Source of the DNA: Chrysemys picta bellii
Taxonomy: Eukaryota
Length of the DNA: 64,000 nucleotides
Direction of reading: 5' to 3'
Assembly (NCBI RefSeq): GCF_011386835.1
Contig: NC_088792.1
Location: forward strand, 4,216,001-4,280,000
The notes under the pieces were generated by a model. The model saw nothing but the letters and a program-made list of their open reading frames with translations. It did no database searches and had not been told where the DNA came from. The position numbers were made by a program, and so were the translations under genes. Positions 24,073 to 36,766 of this stretch are shown here, piece by piece (the stretch's first letter is position 1; every line of letters begins with the position of its first letter).

Positions 24073-24277
24073 GAAAAGAACAGGAGTACTTGTGGCACCT
24101 TAGAGATGAACAAATTTATTTGAGCATAAGCTTTCGTGGGCTACAGATCACTTCTTCAGATGCATAGAATGGAACATATAGTAAGGAGATATATATACAT
24201 ACAGAACATGAAAAGGTGGAAGGTGCCATATCAACTCTAAGAGGCTAATTAATTAAGATGAGCTATATCAGCAGCTA
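24073..24277 (-). mobile_element. Penelope-like-element-derived insertion with hammerhead motif
   Basis: 10-bp TSD tatctcatgc (24063-24072, 24278-24287); same family as 5906 and 49160; lies in the Harbinger gene intron. Confidence 0.85.
24124..24163 (-). ncRNA. Minimal hammerhead ribozyme motif with damaged stem II
   Basis: Minus strand GCAU-CUGAAGA-A-GUGAUCUGUAGCCCAC-GAAA-GCUU-AUGC. Confidence 0.7.
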
Positions 24278-24809
24278 TATCTCATGCCAGTTGAAGATAA
24301 CTTTTGCAGGCATTATGGCTAACAGCATATGGGCCCAGGTGGCTTAGGGATGCCAGCAGCAGCTGTGCTCTGTGTCTTTGTTACTCAGGAGTGAGAGATC
24401 TGCTGCAATCGCCACTGTCTGTGGAAAATGGTGCCAGGATTCAGTGCCGTTGCTCTGTACTCATAGCATCATGCAGTCGAGTATTTCCCTCACCCCTGGT
24501 GGGCCACACTCCGAAGCAGAAGTGTTAGTAAACATGTCTTGTTTAACACTTTAGGGGAAGTAAGGGAAGGGGAGAGTTCTTAATTTTGACTTTCACATTC
24601 TGTTGTGAGTATACTGACAATGGTACCTCTGTGTTTTATCTGTAGCAGCTGCCGCAGTGGCCTTGAGAAGTTCCCCCTCCATACCACAGAAACCTTGAGC
24701 CAGGGAAGGAGAAGAAAGAAGAGGTCTCGAGATATGTTCAGTGAGCTCCTGCAAGCCAGTGCTACATCAGACTGTGAACACGGGCTGGAAGATGAATTTT
24801 GCAAGTAGC

Positions 24810-24812
<3 letters not shown>

Positions 24813-24844
<32 letters not shown>
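24813..24844. repeat. (GA)16 microsatellite
   Basis: Direct reading; lies inside Harbinger exon 2. Confidence 0.95.
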
Positions 24845-24846
<2 letters not shown>

Positions 24847-25510
24847 AGACAGGAGACAGGCTGAGGGGTCCCAGCAAGAAAAGGAGAGAGAGAGAGAGAT
24901 GCATCAGGATGTAATTGGGCTTCTCCGGCAGCAAATCCAGATGCTGCAGACTGTTGTGGGCCTACAGGTTCAACAATCCCAGTCTCGCCTCCCTTTGCAG
25001 TCCATGGAAAACTCCAGTATAGCAGCTCCCTACAATCACATTTCATGTGGTATCAGGGGGACATTAAGGACAACCACAGATATACTGACCTCTGAGAACC
25101 ATGGTTGCTGTATGTGTAGCTAGTGTGGACATGAATATTTCTTCCCCTACTCTAAGCTCTGTTCCATAAATTTATTAAGCTAATAATGTATTTGCTTTTA
25201 ACATGCACAGAATTTTTTTTGAATTTTTGGTTACTCAATAAAACTACTATTTGGAAAATAATCTTCATTCGTTCCCAACATATGCTGCAGAACGCCTGGC
25301 AGTAGTGAAAACACCACTTAGTTGTGGTTGTACAGTATGACATGACTCATAGGATCAGTGGGGAGAAAGTGTGGTCATAAATATACAGCAAGCGCCAGAA
25401 AATTAAGTTCATTGTCAGTGTAATATTCATAGATGTGTACTACGCAATAGACAATTCCTAACAGGCCCCAAAACTGCAGGGCCTGGTGGAGTACGGTACA
25501 CCACTATGCA

Positions 25511-26697
25511 TTACGGCGGCTCACTGTTAAAGTGCTCTTTCAAAGCCTCTGAGCCGTATAGCTCTGTGTTGAGCTCTTTTGTGTCTGGCTGTTCAAACTC
25601 AGCAGACAGCTGCTCCACCTCTGTCCTCCAACCTGACGTCCGGCTTTCCCCTTTAGCTTCCCAGATATTATGCAAGACACATCAGGCAGCTACAAGCATT
25701 GAGATATTTTTCTCCCTGAGATGCAGTCTTGTGAGTAAACAATGTCAGCGCCCCTTCAGTCTACCAAAGGCACATTCAACTGTCATTCTGCACCTGTTGA
25801 TCTGGTAGTTGAATCCTCCTTTGGTGCTATCGAGTGGCTGGTGTATGGCTTCATGAGCTAGAGGAGTAAGGGGTAGACTGGGTCCCCCAGGATTACTACT
25901 GGCATTGCAACATCAGTAATCTACTGATTGGGAAATAAAGGCCCTGCTTGTAGCTTTCTGTACTGTCCTGTGTTAAAGATGAGTGTCATTCACCTTCCTT
26001 AACCATCCAACACTGATGTCGGTGAAGCAACCCTGGTGATCCACAAGCATCATGGTAGGAAAGTAGCCTTTCTGTTGATGTACTTTGTAGCAAAGTGGTC
26101 TGGTGCCAAAATAGGGATGTGTGCGCCGTCTATCTCTCCACCGCTCAGGAACCCCATTTCTGAAAATCCACCCACTATGGTCCTGCACATTGTCGAGAGT
26201 CACAGTCCTTTGTGTAAGGAGACCGCTAATGGCCTGGAACACTTGCATGACAATGGCCCCCACAATCAATTTTACAACTCCAACTAAATGATTTCTCATT
26301 GACTGGTAGCAATCCAGCATTGCAAGTTTCCACAGTGTGATCGCCACTCACTTCTCCGCTATCAGTGCGGCTCTTATTCTGGTGTCCCTGTGCTGGAGGA
26401 GTGAGCTCAGCACACAGATCCAGGAATGTGACCTTGCGCATCTGAAAGTTCTGCAGCCACTGCTAGTCTTCCCAATCCTGCATTATGCTGTGAAACCACC
26501 AGTCAGTGCTTGTTTCTCGGGCCCAACAGCTGCTCTGTGAACGCCACCAACAGCCTTGAATTAGTTCTCACTGTGTCCCACAGCAATCTGCCCTCCAGGA
26601 AATCATCACATTCCCTGTGGCTCTGCAAATACTGGAGGATCATGTGAACCGTGCTTGCAATGCTCATGACAATAGTGCAGAGGTGTGCAGGCTCCAT
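25511..26697 (-). pseudogene. Harbinger (HARBI1-like) DDE transposase
   Basis: Starts MEPAHLCTIV at 26697, contains KGYFPTMMLVDHQGCFTDISVGWLRKVNDT, ends ALKEHFNSEPP* at 25511. Frameshifts and stops. Confidence 0.85.
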
Positions 26698-28261
26698 GCT
26701 TCTGTCAGAAATGATGGACAGTGACAAGTCCCTCATGGGTTTGTGGGATTTTCAAAATAGGAGTAAAAATTATAGGGTAAAGATGGCATTATGGGATTGA
26801 GAAAGTAGTATGATGGGAACTTAACTCTGCAGTCCCAGTCATCCCTGCGTGACTCATTTCTGTCCCATTATGCAAACTTCCCAAAAGACAGTGTACTGAA
26901 TGGTGGCAAGCTACAGACTGGAATTACCTACCCATAGTGCACTGCACTGTGCATCAAAACAAGCATTTCTGGTGAGTATATGCAGTGGTGATGCAAGGAG
27001 CCAAGTAAGCATACAGACAAGTGATATACTGACTGCAGCAGCTTTATGCCTAAATAATTCACATTGGGGGAAATCTGGAATGTAGACCTGCCCAAAGAAG
27101 ATTAACGAAAGAAATGTTTGACCTTAGGAAGAGCTTCTTAATTGAATCCCTTGATGGGCAGGAGAGAGTAAAATAGAGTTCATGCTCGGGGGTTTGGGGA
27201 GTGTAAATGCTAGCAAATCCGAGTACCATCCCTAGCTTCTCACATCAGATCTTCTCCCGTTCTAGTCTAGGGGTAAAGTTCATTTGCTACAAATCACAAG
27301 AACAGTGAATTCTTTCTAAAGCTGCTGTATTTCAAAGCAGTGATCTGGATGGTTGTGAAAAGCTCACTTCCAGTGTCTGTCCTAGCTGGAGACAGTGTGG
27401 ATTCCTACAAGGATCAGACTTCAGCAAGCAGTCTGCTGTCTGCATTACATGGCTGACAGAGGGTGGTGTTTGTAATATATAGTCTGTTTCCCTAAGAAGA
27501 ATATCTCCTTTGCCAAAATCTGTAGGAGGCAAGTTTCTGTGCACAGAAAACATATGTATTCAACATAAGATGTAAATAGTCTGCCTACTACTATATAGTG
27601 CCCATAAAAATGCCTTCTGAAAACCCTTGCTCTGTCTCCACCTGTCTTTTCATCTTCTTGTTTGTGGATGAGGAAGGGGATTGAGTCTTGATCTCTGACT
27701 ATGATATTATAATTTAAATACTCTCCGCATACAGAGAGTTTGGAGAGGAATGGTACACGAGAATCAATTCTACTGACAGTCTTCCTTCAGCTGCTCTGCT
27801 CCTCTAGCTCGGTGAGTTGCAAAATAAAATGAGTTTGGGTGTGATGAACTGAAATATAAATATAAATTTATTTATTTATTTTTAATGAAACATGGTGCAA
27901 GCCTCTGTTTATGAGGGGTTACTTGCTATCGAGTTGTGTTAAAGGAAGCTGTAAATGGGAAAACCCACAGGAAATGAAACTATGGCGAAGATAAGAGCCC
28001 CAGGTACACACCTTCAAAGCAGCTAAGATAACGCCTGTGTCATCAGTGGGGGATAAACTATCTCAGTCCATCTAGGCTAGAATGGTTTACTTTTCCCAAG
28101 GCCTAGTCTGGGATCAAAGGAGATGTAAAACCCCAAAGACCCTAGGGGGTTGAGCAGGGAGAGGCTGCCAAGGGTGAATCAGTGAAAAGCTCACAGGCTG
28201 GCAAGCAGTTACACAGACGGAGGGAATGTGCAGCGTGCAGGACAGTATATTCTATTTTCTA

Positions 28262-28578
28262 TTCTACATTGATGAGTGTGGTATAAGAATCTATCAGTCC
28301 ATCCTCATCATCATATCCACTCATTATACTCCACACCTGAACATAGCCATTATATGAACATCATACCCTCATATCTCAATGTCTGTACTTTGACCCATCA
28401 ACCTTTTACCCCCAATCGGGGATATTGCAGATTATGTATTCCTTACGAGACCTGATCTTAAACCGAACTTCGCACCCTCGATAATCTGTACGTTATTCCC
28501 TGATAACCAGAAACTTCTATGCTTAAACTCTGTACTATTCACTTTTTTTTAAACATGTTAATAAAATTTTTAAATCTG
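28262..28578 (+). repeat. Probable 5'-truncated LINE 3' UTR, family not assigned
   Basis: Distinct composition, ending in ttaataaaatttttaaat; resembles a reptile repeat I recall. No coding evidence and no TSD found. Confidence 0.35.
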
Positions 28579-29039
28579 AGTGCCTTCCAGTAGTGTGATA
28601 AGCAATGTGACTACACATCAGTCACATGTTGTTTGTAGTCTCATTCTCTCCCCCAGAAGAGACGTGTGTGCAGTAAAATGTCATGTTTTGGTAGGGTTTT
28701 ATGTTTTTTTTTAAATGTATGTTGCTATGTCTTTGTGAGAAGGCAAAATCAAAGAAATATGCCATGCACTTGGAGCAGAAGGTGTTAAGGTTTGTGATGG
28801 TCTTTAGTTCCTGGGGGGGGGGGGGTTAATTCCACAGTCTCAGTCAGGCTTGAGAAAGTGCTGTCTCCTGTACTACAGATGAGATATACCCTTATTATAA
28901 AGAGTTCATTGTGCCAGAGTATAACTGTCGACCAGTTTCTTCATCCTGGAGCTTTAGGCAATCTTTTAGCTATCCTGGGCCAGGCCATGAAGTGCCTTGA
29001 AGATAAAGACTGAGACCTTGATTAGAAATTTTGTGGGAA

Positions 29040-29335
29040 ACAAGTGTACAGAATGGAAGACCGATTTGATGTGGTCACGGTAGCCTGTGTTGCTGAGGAG
29101 ATGCGTTGCAGTGTTCCGTACTAGTTGAAGTTTCCGAAGTGTTTGAAGGCTTCATGCCCAGGTATATCACATTGCTGTAGTCCTTTCCAGAAGTGACAAA
29201 AGCGTGAATAACTGAGGCTAGGTCATCATCTGTCAGGATGGGATGGAGTCTCCTAGAAAACTGAAAATGATAGAAAGCATTACTCACAGATGCTGCAGTC
29301 CATTTCTCCCTGCATGAGACAGGTATGAGGGGCAC
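29040..29335 (-). mobile_element. L2-clade LINE ORF2 fragment
   Basis: HPILTDDDLASVIHAFVTSGKDYSNVIYLG matches the L2 motif L..DLATVIHAFVTSRLDYCN.LYLG. Confidence 0.8.
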
Positions 29336-30935
29336 TTACAAAGGTGTAAATAACACCTATACATGTAGGTCTTCTGTAGTTTTTAGTTGTTGTGCTAACC
29401 TGCTTTGTACCTTTTGAGGAATGCTGCCTTCAGTGGGAGAAAGGAGCATGTAACAATAAGGGCTGGGGAACGGCTGAGCAGGAATGAGTGCTGTTTCTGC
29501 TACTGCTGTGCTCCTAGGGCAAGGGGGATGGTGTCACCTGTCACTCTGAAGCCATCTCCTGAGTCAACTGAGGAAGTAAACCTCTGAAGTGAATTTCAAG
29601 ATTCTTTCTTGGCTGGGAAGTAGGCTGAGATCCTCAGAACCACTTGAGGTTTGCCCATTGGCACAGGATAGTTTTGTGCTGGCACATCAGTCTGCCAGTT
29701 TGCTATGCCTTCAGAGACTCCATTAGAGATAAATTTTATATTAAGTTCCAATAACATGACTTAAGTCTTCCAGTTAGTTGTGCTGATGTTGCATAACTAC
29801 TACATAACTTATGAAATTAAACATCAGGGTATTTACTTCCCATAAGTGTACAGAAAGTCAGTTTCTGTAATGCCTCACTTGCTGTATAGGTTTGAATGTG
29901 CTAAATCCTCCATCCTATTTAATGGAGATTAGGTTGACCCAATCCATCCATTCTTTTGCAAATGAGGATCATGCAATCTTTTTTGATGCAATATCGCTAG
30001 AACTTAGTCTAGATGGGACCATCCCAGATGATGCCCTAAACATTATAAACAGTTTCTTCTCTAAGCACCACCTATGCTGCAGCTTCTGCCTCTGATTAGA
30101 TGCTGTTCTGTTGTGGTGGCTCAGTAGTGTAAATAGTTACCATTCTGGCGAGTGTGTGACTAGGCAGGCTTTGAAGGAAAGCAACAGAAAATATTTCCAC
30201 GGAACAATGGCTGCTTAACTGTTTCTGAAATGTTTGGATTGGACATAAACCAAGGCTCTTCTTACAGCCCAAGAGATATGGGGACACATTGGTTTGCAGG
30301 CCATCTGGAGTTGGCTTTAGATGCTTACTCAGCCTTTATTATCCAAGGGCAGATGAATGTTAGTAGGGCCTATATTTCAAGTCAGTAATAGTTTCCATCT
30401 GAGTAGGAGGATGGCCATGATTTACTATTCTGGGCAGTTCTAAACTCTGCTGTTGAGAGGAAGCTCTGCTAACAAATAACTCAAGACTTTGAGACTAATA
30501 CAAATAATAAAAAGGATGCCGATGTCTTCACTGGCTGAATGAAAACTGCAAGCTGGTGGAAATATTTTAGTATTGTGATAAACAGTTGATTGCAATGTGT
30601 ACTCAGAGGACTGTGTGGTCATGAACACATGGAAGTTTGTAAAAACGGGGCTGAGCCCTTTTTGGGACTTGTCTATAAATTGTTCAAATTGATGGTTATT
30701 CACAAAATGAAATTACGAGTCTTGGGACTTGTTGCATTGGCATTGACCTGGAAAAGAAGATAGTATTACTGGAATGAAAAGTCTGTGACTCCTATGAGGT
30801 ATACTTTGTGAACGGTCATGGTTACAAACAAATGCCAGGAATCAGGTTTCCATCTGTAAATAGAGTGCATTTCTAGCCCCAATTCTGTCATTCATAGATT
30901 GTAAGGTCAGAACGGACCTCTGTGATCATCTAATC

Positions 30936-31066
30936 CAGTGGGTTTCACCCTTTTTTCATTTGTGGACCCCTAAAAAGTTTCAAATGGAGGTGTGGACCCT
31001 TTTGGAAATCTTAGACATGGTCTGTGGACCCCTATGGGTCCGCAGACCATACGTTGAAAACAACTC
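30936..31066. mobile_element. hAT (MER5-like) MITE
   Basis: Ends cagtgggtttcacc and gttgaaaacaactc; exact TSD atctaatc (30928-30935, 31067-31074). Confidence 0.85.
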
Positions 31067-31413
31067 ATCTAATCTGACCACCTGCATAACACAAGCCATA
31101 GAACTTCCATGAAATAATTGCTGTTTGAACTAGAGCCTATATGTTAGGAAAACATCCAATCGTGATTTAAAAATTGCCAGTGATGAAGAATCTGCCACAG
31201 CCCTTGGTATATTGTTCCAGTGATTAATTACTCTCACTGTTAAAATGCGCCTTATTTCTAGTCTGAATTTTTCTAGCGTCAGCTTCCAACCGTTGTATTT
31301 TGGTTTGCTAGATTGAAGAGCCCATTATCAAATTTTTGTTCCCCATATAGCTACTTATAGACTCTGAACCCTTAATCTTCTCTTTAAATAGATTGAACTC
31401 CTTCTGTCTACCA

Positions 31414-33115
31414 AAAAAGAAATCAGGGACAGTGAGGGTCCGCTGCTCAATGAAGGAAGGTAAGCTGGTAATGGAAGGTGATAGGAAGGCAGAACTGCTC
31501 AATGCCTACTTTGTTTCAGTCTTGTCACAAAAGATATGTGACTGGATGACTGGTAAAATTACCATAGACAATAAAGGGGAAGAGATGCAGATCAGGATAA
31601 GAACACCTCAGAGATCCTTTGACTAATTTGAATGAATTCAAGTCAGCAGGGCCTGATGCTATTCACCCCAGGGTGCTGAAGGAATTAGCTGAAGAATCTT
31701 GGAGCCATTCATGGATGACAGGAGAGGTGCTGGAAGACTGGAGAAGGGTTAACATATTGTCCGTCTTTAAAAAGGGGAAAAAGGAGAAGCTGGGGAACTA
31801 TAGACCAGTCAGCCTGACCTTGATACCTGGGAAGCTACTAGACTCTAGTAACTAGAGCAATGTCTAAAACATTCAATTTGCGAATACCTGGAGGATGAAG
31901 GGGTAATCGTCAGCAGCCAGCATAGATTTACTAAGAACAAATTATGCCAAACCAACTTGATTTTCCGCTTTGACAGGTAACGGGTTTGGTGGATAGGGGG
32001 AATGCTGTGGACATAATATATGTGGACTTTAGCAAGGCTTTTGACACAGCCCCACATAACATTCTGATAAGTAAGCTGGAGAAATGCGGGCTCAGTGGAA
32101 ATACTATTAAAGTGGATACGTAATTGGTATTACGCAAACAACGGCAAACAAAGAATAGCTATTAATTGAATGATGTCAGTTTGGAAGGAGGACTCAAGTG
32201 GGGTTCCACAGGGATCTGTTCTTGGTCCGGTGTTGTTTAACATCTTTATTAATGACCTGGATGTAGGAATAGAGAGCATACTGATCAAATTTGCAGATGA
32301 GACACAGCCGGGTGGCGGGGGTTGCCAACATTTTGAAGGATAGAGCTAAAATTCAAATTGATCTTGATAAATTGGAGAACTGGACTATAGACAACAAAAT
32401 TAAATTCAACAAAGACAAATGTAAGGTGCTACATTTAGGGAAGAAAAACCAAGTGCACAAATACAGAATGGGGTATAACTGGCTTGGCAGCAGTACTGCT
32501 GAGAAGGATCTGGGAGTTGTGGTAGATCACAACCTCATCATGAGTCAACAATTTGATGCTGTTGCAAAAAAAGCAAATGCAATTTTAGGTTGCAATAAGA
32601 GGCATAACATGCAAGGCACGGGAGGTGATTGGACCACTCTACTCGGCGCTGGTTAGGCCTCAGCTGGAGTACTGTGTCCAGTTTTGGTCACCAGTGTATA
32701 GAAAGGCCATAAAGAAACTGGAAAGGATCCAGAGGTGAGCGACAAAGATGATCAAAGGGATGGAAAGAACAAAGGCTGAAGGGACTCGGTATGTTTCGTT
32801 TGGAAAAGAGGAGATTAAGGGGGGACATGATAGCAGTCTTCAAATACTTGAAAGGCTGCCATAAAGAGGCAGTGGGTTCAAACTACAAGGTAGCAGATTT
32901 AGATTAAATTTTGGGAAGAACTTCCTAACTGTAAGTACAGTAGGACAATGGAACAGGCTGCCTAGGGAGGTTGTGGAAACTCCTTCACCAGAGGTTTTCA
33001 AAGGCAGGCTGGGTAGCCATCTGTCTTGCATGGTTAGACGCAACAAATTCTGCATCTTGGCAGTGGGTTAGACTAGATGACCCTTGCGGTCCCTTCTGAC
33101 CTTATGGTTTTATAA
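31414..33115 (+). mobile_element. CR1 LINE, 5'-truncated, with RT pseudogene
   Basis: HPRVLKELAEE, WRRVNILSVFKKGKKEKLGNYRPVSLTLIPGKLL, KFADET-like, KCKVLHLG. 3' end gatgacccttgcggtcccttc...ggttttataa; TSD gtctacca (31406-31413, 33116-33123). Confidence 0.93.
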
Positions 33116-34033
33116 GTCTACCACCACAAAGCATGTTTTCTAATCCTTTAATCATTCTTGTGACTCTTCTCTGAACCCTCTCCAATTTATTAGCATCCTT
33201 CTTGAACTATGGTTACTAGAACTGGATGCAGTGTTCCAATAATGGTCATGCCAGTGCTAAATACAGAGATAAAATAACCTCTCTACTCCTCCTTGACATT
33301 ACCCTATTTATGCACCCAAGGGTCTCATTAGCCTTTTTTGGCCCACACCATTGTACTGGGAGCTCATGTTCAACTTACTATCCACCATGACCCTTAATAT
33401 TTTTTTCAGAGTCATTGCTTCCCAGGATAGAGTCCCCCATCCTGTAAATGTGGCCTACGTTCTTTGTTCCTAGATGTATACATTTACATTTGGCCATATT
33501 AAAATACAGATTGTTGCCTTGCGCCTAGTTTATCAAATGATCCAGATCACTCCGACAGTAACCTGGCCTCTTTATTATTTACCACTCCCACAGTTTGTGT
33601 CATCCGCAAACTTTCAGTGGTGATTTTGTTTTCTTCCAGGTCATTGATAAAAATGTTAAATAGGGCCAAGAACCAATCTCCGCAGGACCCACTGGAAACA
33701 TACCTACTGGAAAATAATTCCCTGTTGACCGTTACATTTTGAGACCTGTAATTTAGTCAGTTTTTAATCCATTTAATGAGAGTTCCATGTTGATTTTGTA
33801 TCATTCTAGTTTAGTTTCTTAATCAAAATGTGTGCTATCAAGGCAAATGACTACAGAAGTCTAAATATATTCCATCATTATTATTATTTTTATCAACTAA
33901 ACTTGTAATCTCATTGAAAAGAAGATATCAAGTTAATTTGACAGGATTTCCATAAACCGATGCTGATTTGCATTAATGACAGTACCCCTCCTTTAATTTT
34001 TTATTAATCAAGTCCCATATCAGCCAGTCCATT

Positions 34034-36363
34034 TGTGACGTTCCCCTCTGATGTTATCTGGACCGGTGATCTGCTAGGTCACTCCAATCCTTGACTCTCT
34101 GAGCCAGCTTTACCCTGCTCTGCGGTGAGAACCCCCCACTCCTGGGTTGTTCACGCACAGCCTCTGGCACGTAAGCTGATCCTTGGGTTGTGCAACCGAA
34201 TGACACTAGCCAGTATCTCCAGTCCCAGACACAACCCTAGGAACCTCAGTCTTGCAGTGCCCAGTTATGCCTGCTGGACACTGCAAGCTTATATGAGTTC
34301 GTCAATTTAACAAAGAAATTGATAGGTATCAGGCTTGTTATCCTAAGGGGAGCCTCTGACACACTTCAAACCAAACATACTGTTTCAGGTAGAATAAACA
34401 AACAAATTTATTAACTATAAAGATAGATTTTAATTGATTATAAGTGAAAACATAAGTCAGATTTGGTCAAATGAAATAAAAGCAAAACGCATTCTAAGCT
34501 GATCGTAACACTTTCAGTGCCCTTACAAACTTAGATGCTTCTCACCACAGGCTGGCTGGTTGCTCTTCAGGCAGGCTCTCCACTTTGATCAGTGCTTCAG
34601 TCACTTGGTGTGGTGTCTGTAGATGGACGTGGAGAGAGAGAGAGCATGGCAAATGTCTCCCCCTTTTATCATGTCCTTTCTTCCCTCTTGGCTTTGCCCT
34701 CCCCCCTCTCCCTTCCCCCCCCCCACACTTCAGAGTCAGGTGAGCCTTACCTCATTGCAGTTCCAAACTGACCAAAGTCTCCTTTCTCAACCCCCCTCCA
34801 GACCTTGTGTCCCAATCTATTCCTGACCTCCTGCATTCAGATCAGGTGGTGGTTCTTCCACATTGCCTGAATAGCAGAAGAGGGGTCACTGAGAGCACAG
34901 GAGAAACAGGCTCCCTGTTCTCAGTTCCAGTGCCCAGCCCCATCCTGGCTTGGAACTGCTGGGAGCAACCATTACAGGGAAAGACTGGCTTTGACCCTGA
35001 AGCCTTGGGCTGAAGAGCCTGCTCTGTGGGGATGGCACATGTGCAATCTGGTCAGCACTCGGAGCTGTGAGAGGTTTGAGCATGCTCATTGAGGACAGAA
35101 TCTTCTGAAATGTTAGCTGCTAAAATCAAAGTTTCAACTGATCATGTGTGAACTGCCATTTTTTTCACAGGCTTATAACTTGGCCAAATTTGGGCAGATG
35201 TTCACTGGGTTGGCAAAAAACTACCTCTGCCAAATTTCAAGTCCCTACTCCAAAGCATGTGGGCGCTAGAGGTTATCAAAGGGTTGCCAGAACTTTTTAA
35301 CATGGGTAAAATTTATTTCTTATTCAAGTAGTGTCCCTATGGGTGCTCCACTGTAGGTGCATTTGCGTCCCTGTGGTGCTGATCGGAGAACTTTGGTAGC
35401 AGTGTCCATTTGGCCTGCACATGCGCTGTCCCTGCCCTCGTGCTCTGCCACCAGGCTAACCAGTGCTGCGTGGGCAAACCCCCCTCATTTCCTTCTCTAC
35501 CACAAAGTCCTTGACAAGAGCTGCGAAGTAGAGGGGAGGTGGATGGGTCACGGAGCACCCATTGTGGGACACATCTCGAAGAACCATCGTTACTGCACAA
35601 GTAATGCTGGTTAGTTTTCCTAGCTTCATTCTCAGAAATGGCTGAACCAGTTTGGCTGAAATTAAAAGCCTGAGGCAGAAACCCAGAACATAAAATATCA
35701 GCCCAGATGGTTCATTTGGCAAAGTGTTTATAAGCAACTGAAAACAGGGTCTTATATAATGGAAAGTGGCAACTTTAGTAACAGGTGGCACTTACCAGCC
35801 ACACCTGTGATCAGCAGCAGCTCCTGAACTCTGAAACTGCCATGTTCTGTTGATGAATTCTATAGATGTCTCTCCCTTTTATCATGTCCTTTCTTCCCTC
35901 TTGGCTCCCCTGTCAGAGTCAGGTGAGCATTACCTCATCACAGTTCCAAGCTGATCAAGGGAAGGGGGGTGACTCCCTCGAGAGTCTAACAGATTCTTTT
36001 GTTGCTGCCTAGGCCAGCGTCCTTTGTTCCTGTGAGGCTGGGCTGGGTTTGTCCCATACCTGCCCTGATGAGATGTGAACTGCCTCTCTGCTCTTGGAGA
36101 GTTTTTGCCTGGGTTTATTTTAAGCCACAAGGATATATTTTCAGCCTCATAACTACATACATGAAATTATAACCTATAGCATTAGTTAACAATTACTATA
36201 ACATCATTATAACAACCATGCTCAGTGAATCATGAGCCTTCCAAAGACACCCAACATGACAAACTTTGCATTGGATACCACACAATCTATTTTATAAAGA
36301 TGAACATGGCGGTGTAGGGTCCCCCCCCCCCCCCCCCCCCCCCCCAAGGTACAGAGCATCACA
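34034..36363. mobile_element. LTR-type insertion (TG...CA) with captured internal DNA
   Basis: Starts tgtgacg, ends catcaca; exact 5-bp TSD ccatt (34029-34033, 36364-36368); CR1 host continues on both sides. Confidence 0.8.
35322..35604 (+). mobile_element. Miniature non-coding DIRS-derived element
   Basis: Inverted repeat gtgtccctatgggtgctcc / ggagcacccattgtgggacac followed by atctcgaagaaccatcgtta, similar to the DIRS right end acatctcgaagaacaccagtta (about 9167-9189). Confidence 0.7.
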
Positions 36364-36766
36364 CCATTATCTTGCCAGGGATCAGTATCTGGCTGACTGG
36401 TCTTTAGTTACCTCAGTCATCCTCTTTATTCTTTTTAAATATTGCCACAACATTAGATTTCTTCCCATCTTCTGGAACTCTCCCAGTGTTCCAAGAGTTA
36501 AGAACCCAACATTAATGGTCCAGCAAACTCTTCAGCCAGCTCTCCTAAAACTCTAGAATGCAGGCTATCTGGACCTGTGATTTAAAAATGTCCAACTTTA
36601 GCAGCTGCTCTCTAATATCCTCCTCTTAGAAAGGAAAGTGTTTCATCATCATGATATGTCTAGATCTGATTTTTCCCAAACACAGAACAGAAATATTTAT
36701 TAAACACTTGGCTTTTCTGCATTATTGACAATTCTACCATTTCCATCTCGGAGTGGACTAATAGTA

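Larger units (their letters stand above)
23265..25060 (+). pseudogene. Harbinger Myb/SANT-like DNA-binding gene, two exons
   Basis: ILELLGLWGEEAVQAPLRTSCRNVDIYEQI...MQEKG...MKS*ELRQAYQKAREAN. Donor gtaagt at 23764, acceptor ending 24645, exon 2 RRRKKRSRDMFSEL...QDVIGLLRQQ. Frameshifted. Confidence 0.8.
22865..27093. mobile_element. PIF/Harbinger DNA transposon, near full length, decayed
   Basis: Degenerate ends ggcctggactatgctac and tgtagacctgccc; convergent Myb/SANT-like gene (+) and DDE transposase (-). Left boundary approximate. Confidence 0.85.

Noticed and set aside
36321-36345. 25-nt poly-C run
   Set aside because: Homopolymer expansion at an LTR end; length may be a sequencing artefact.
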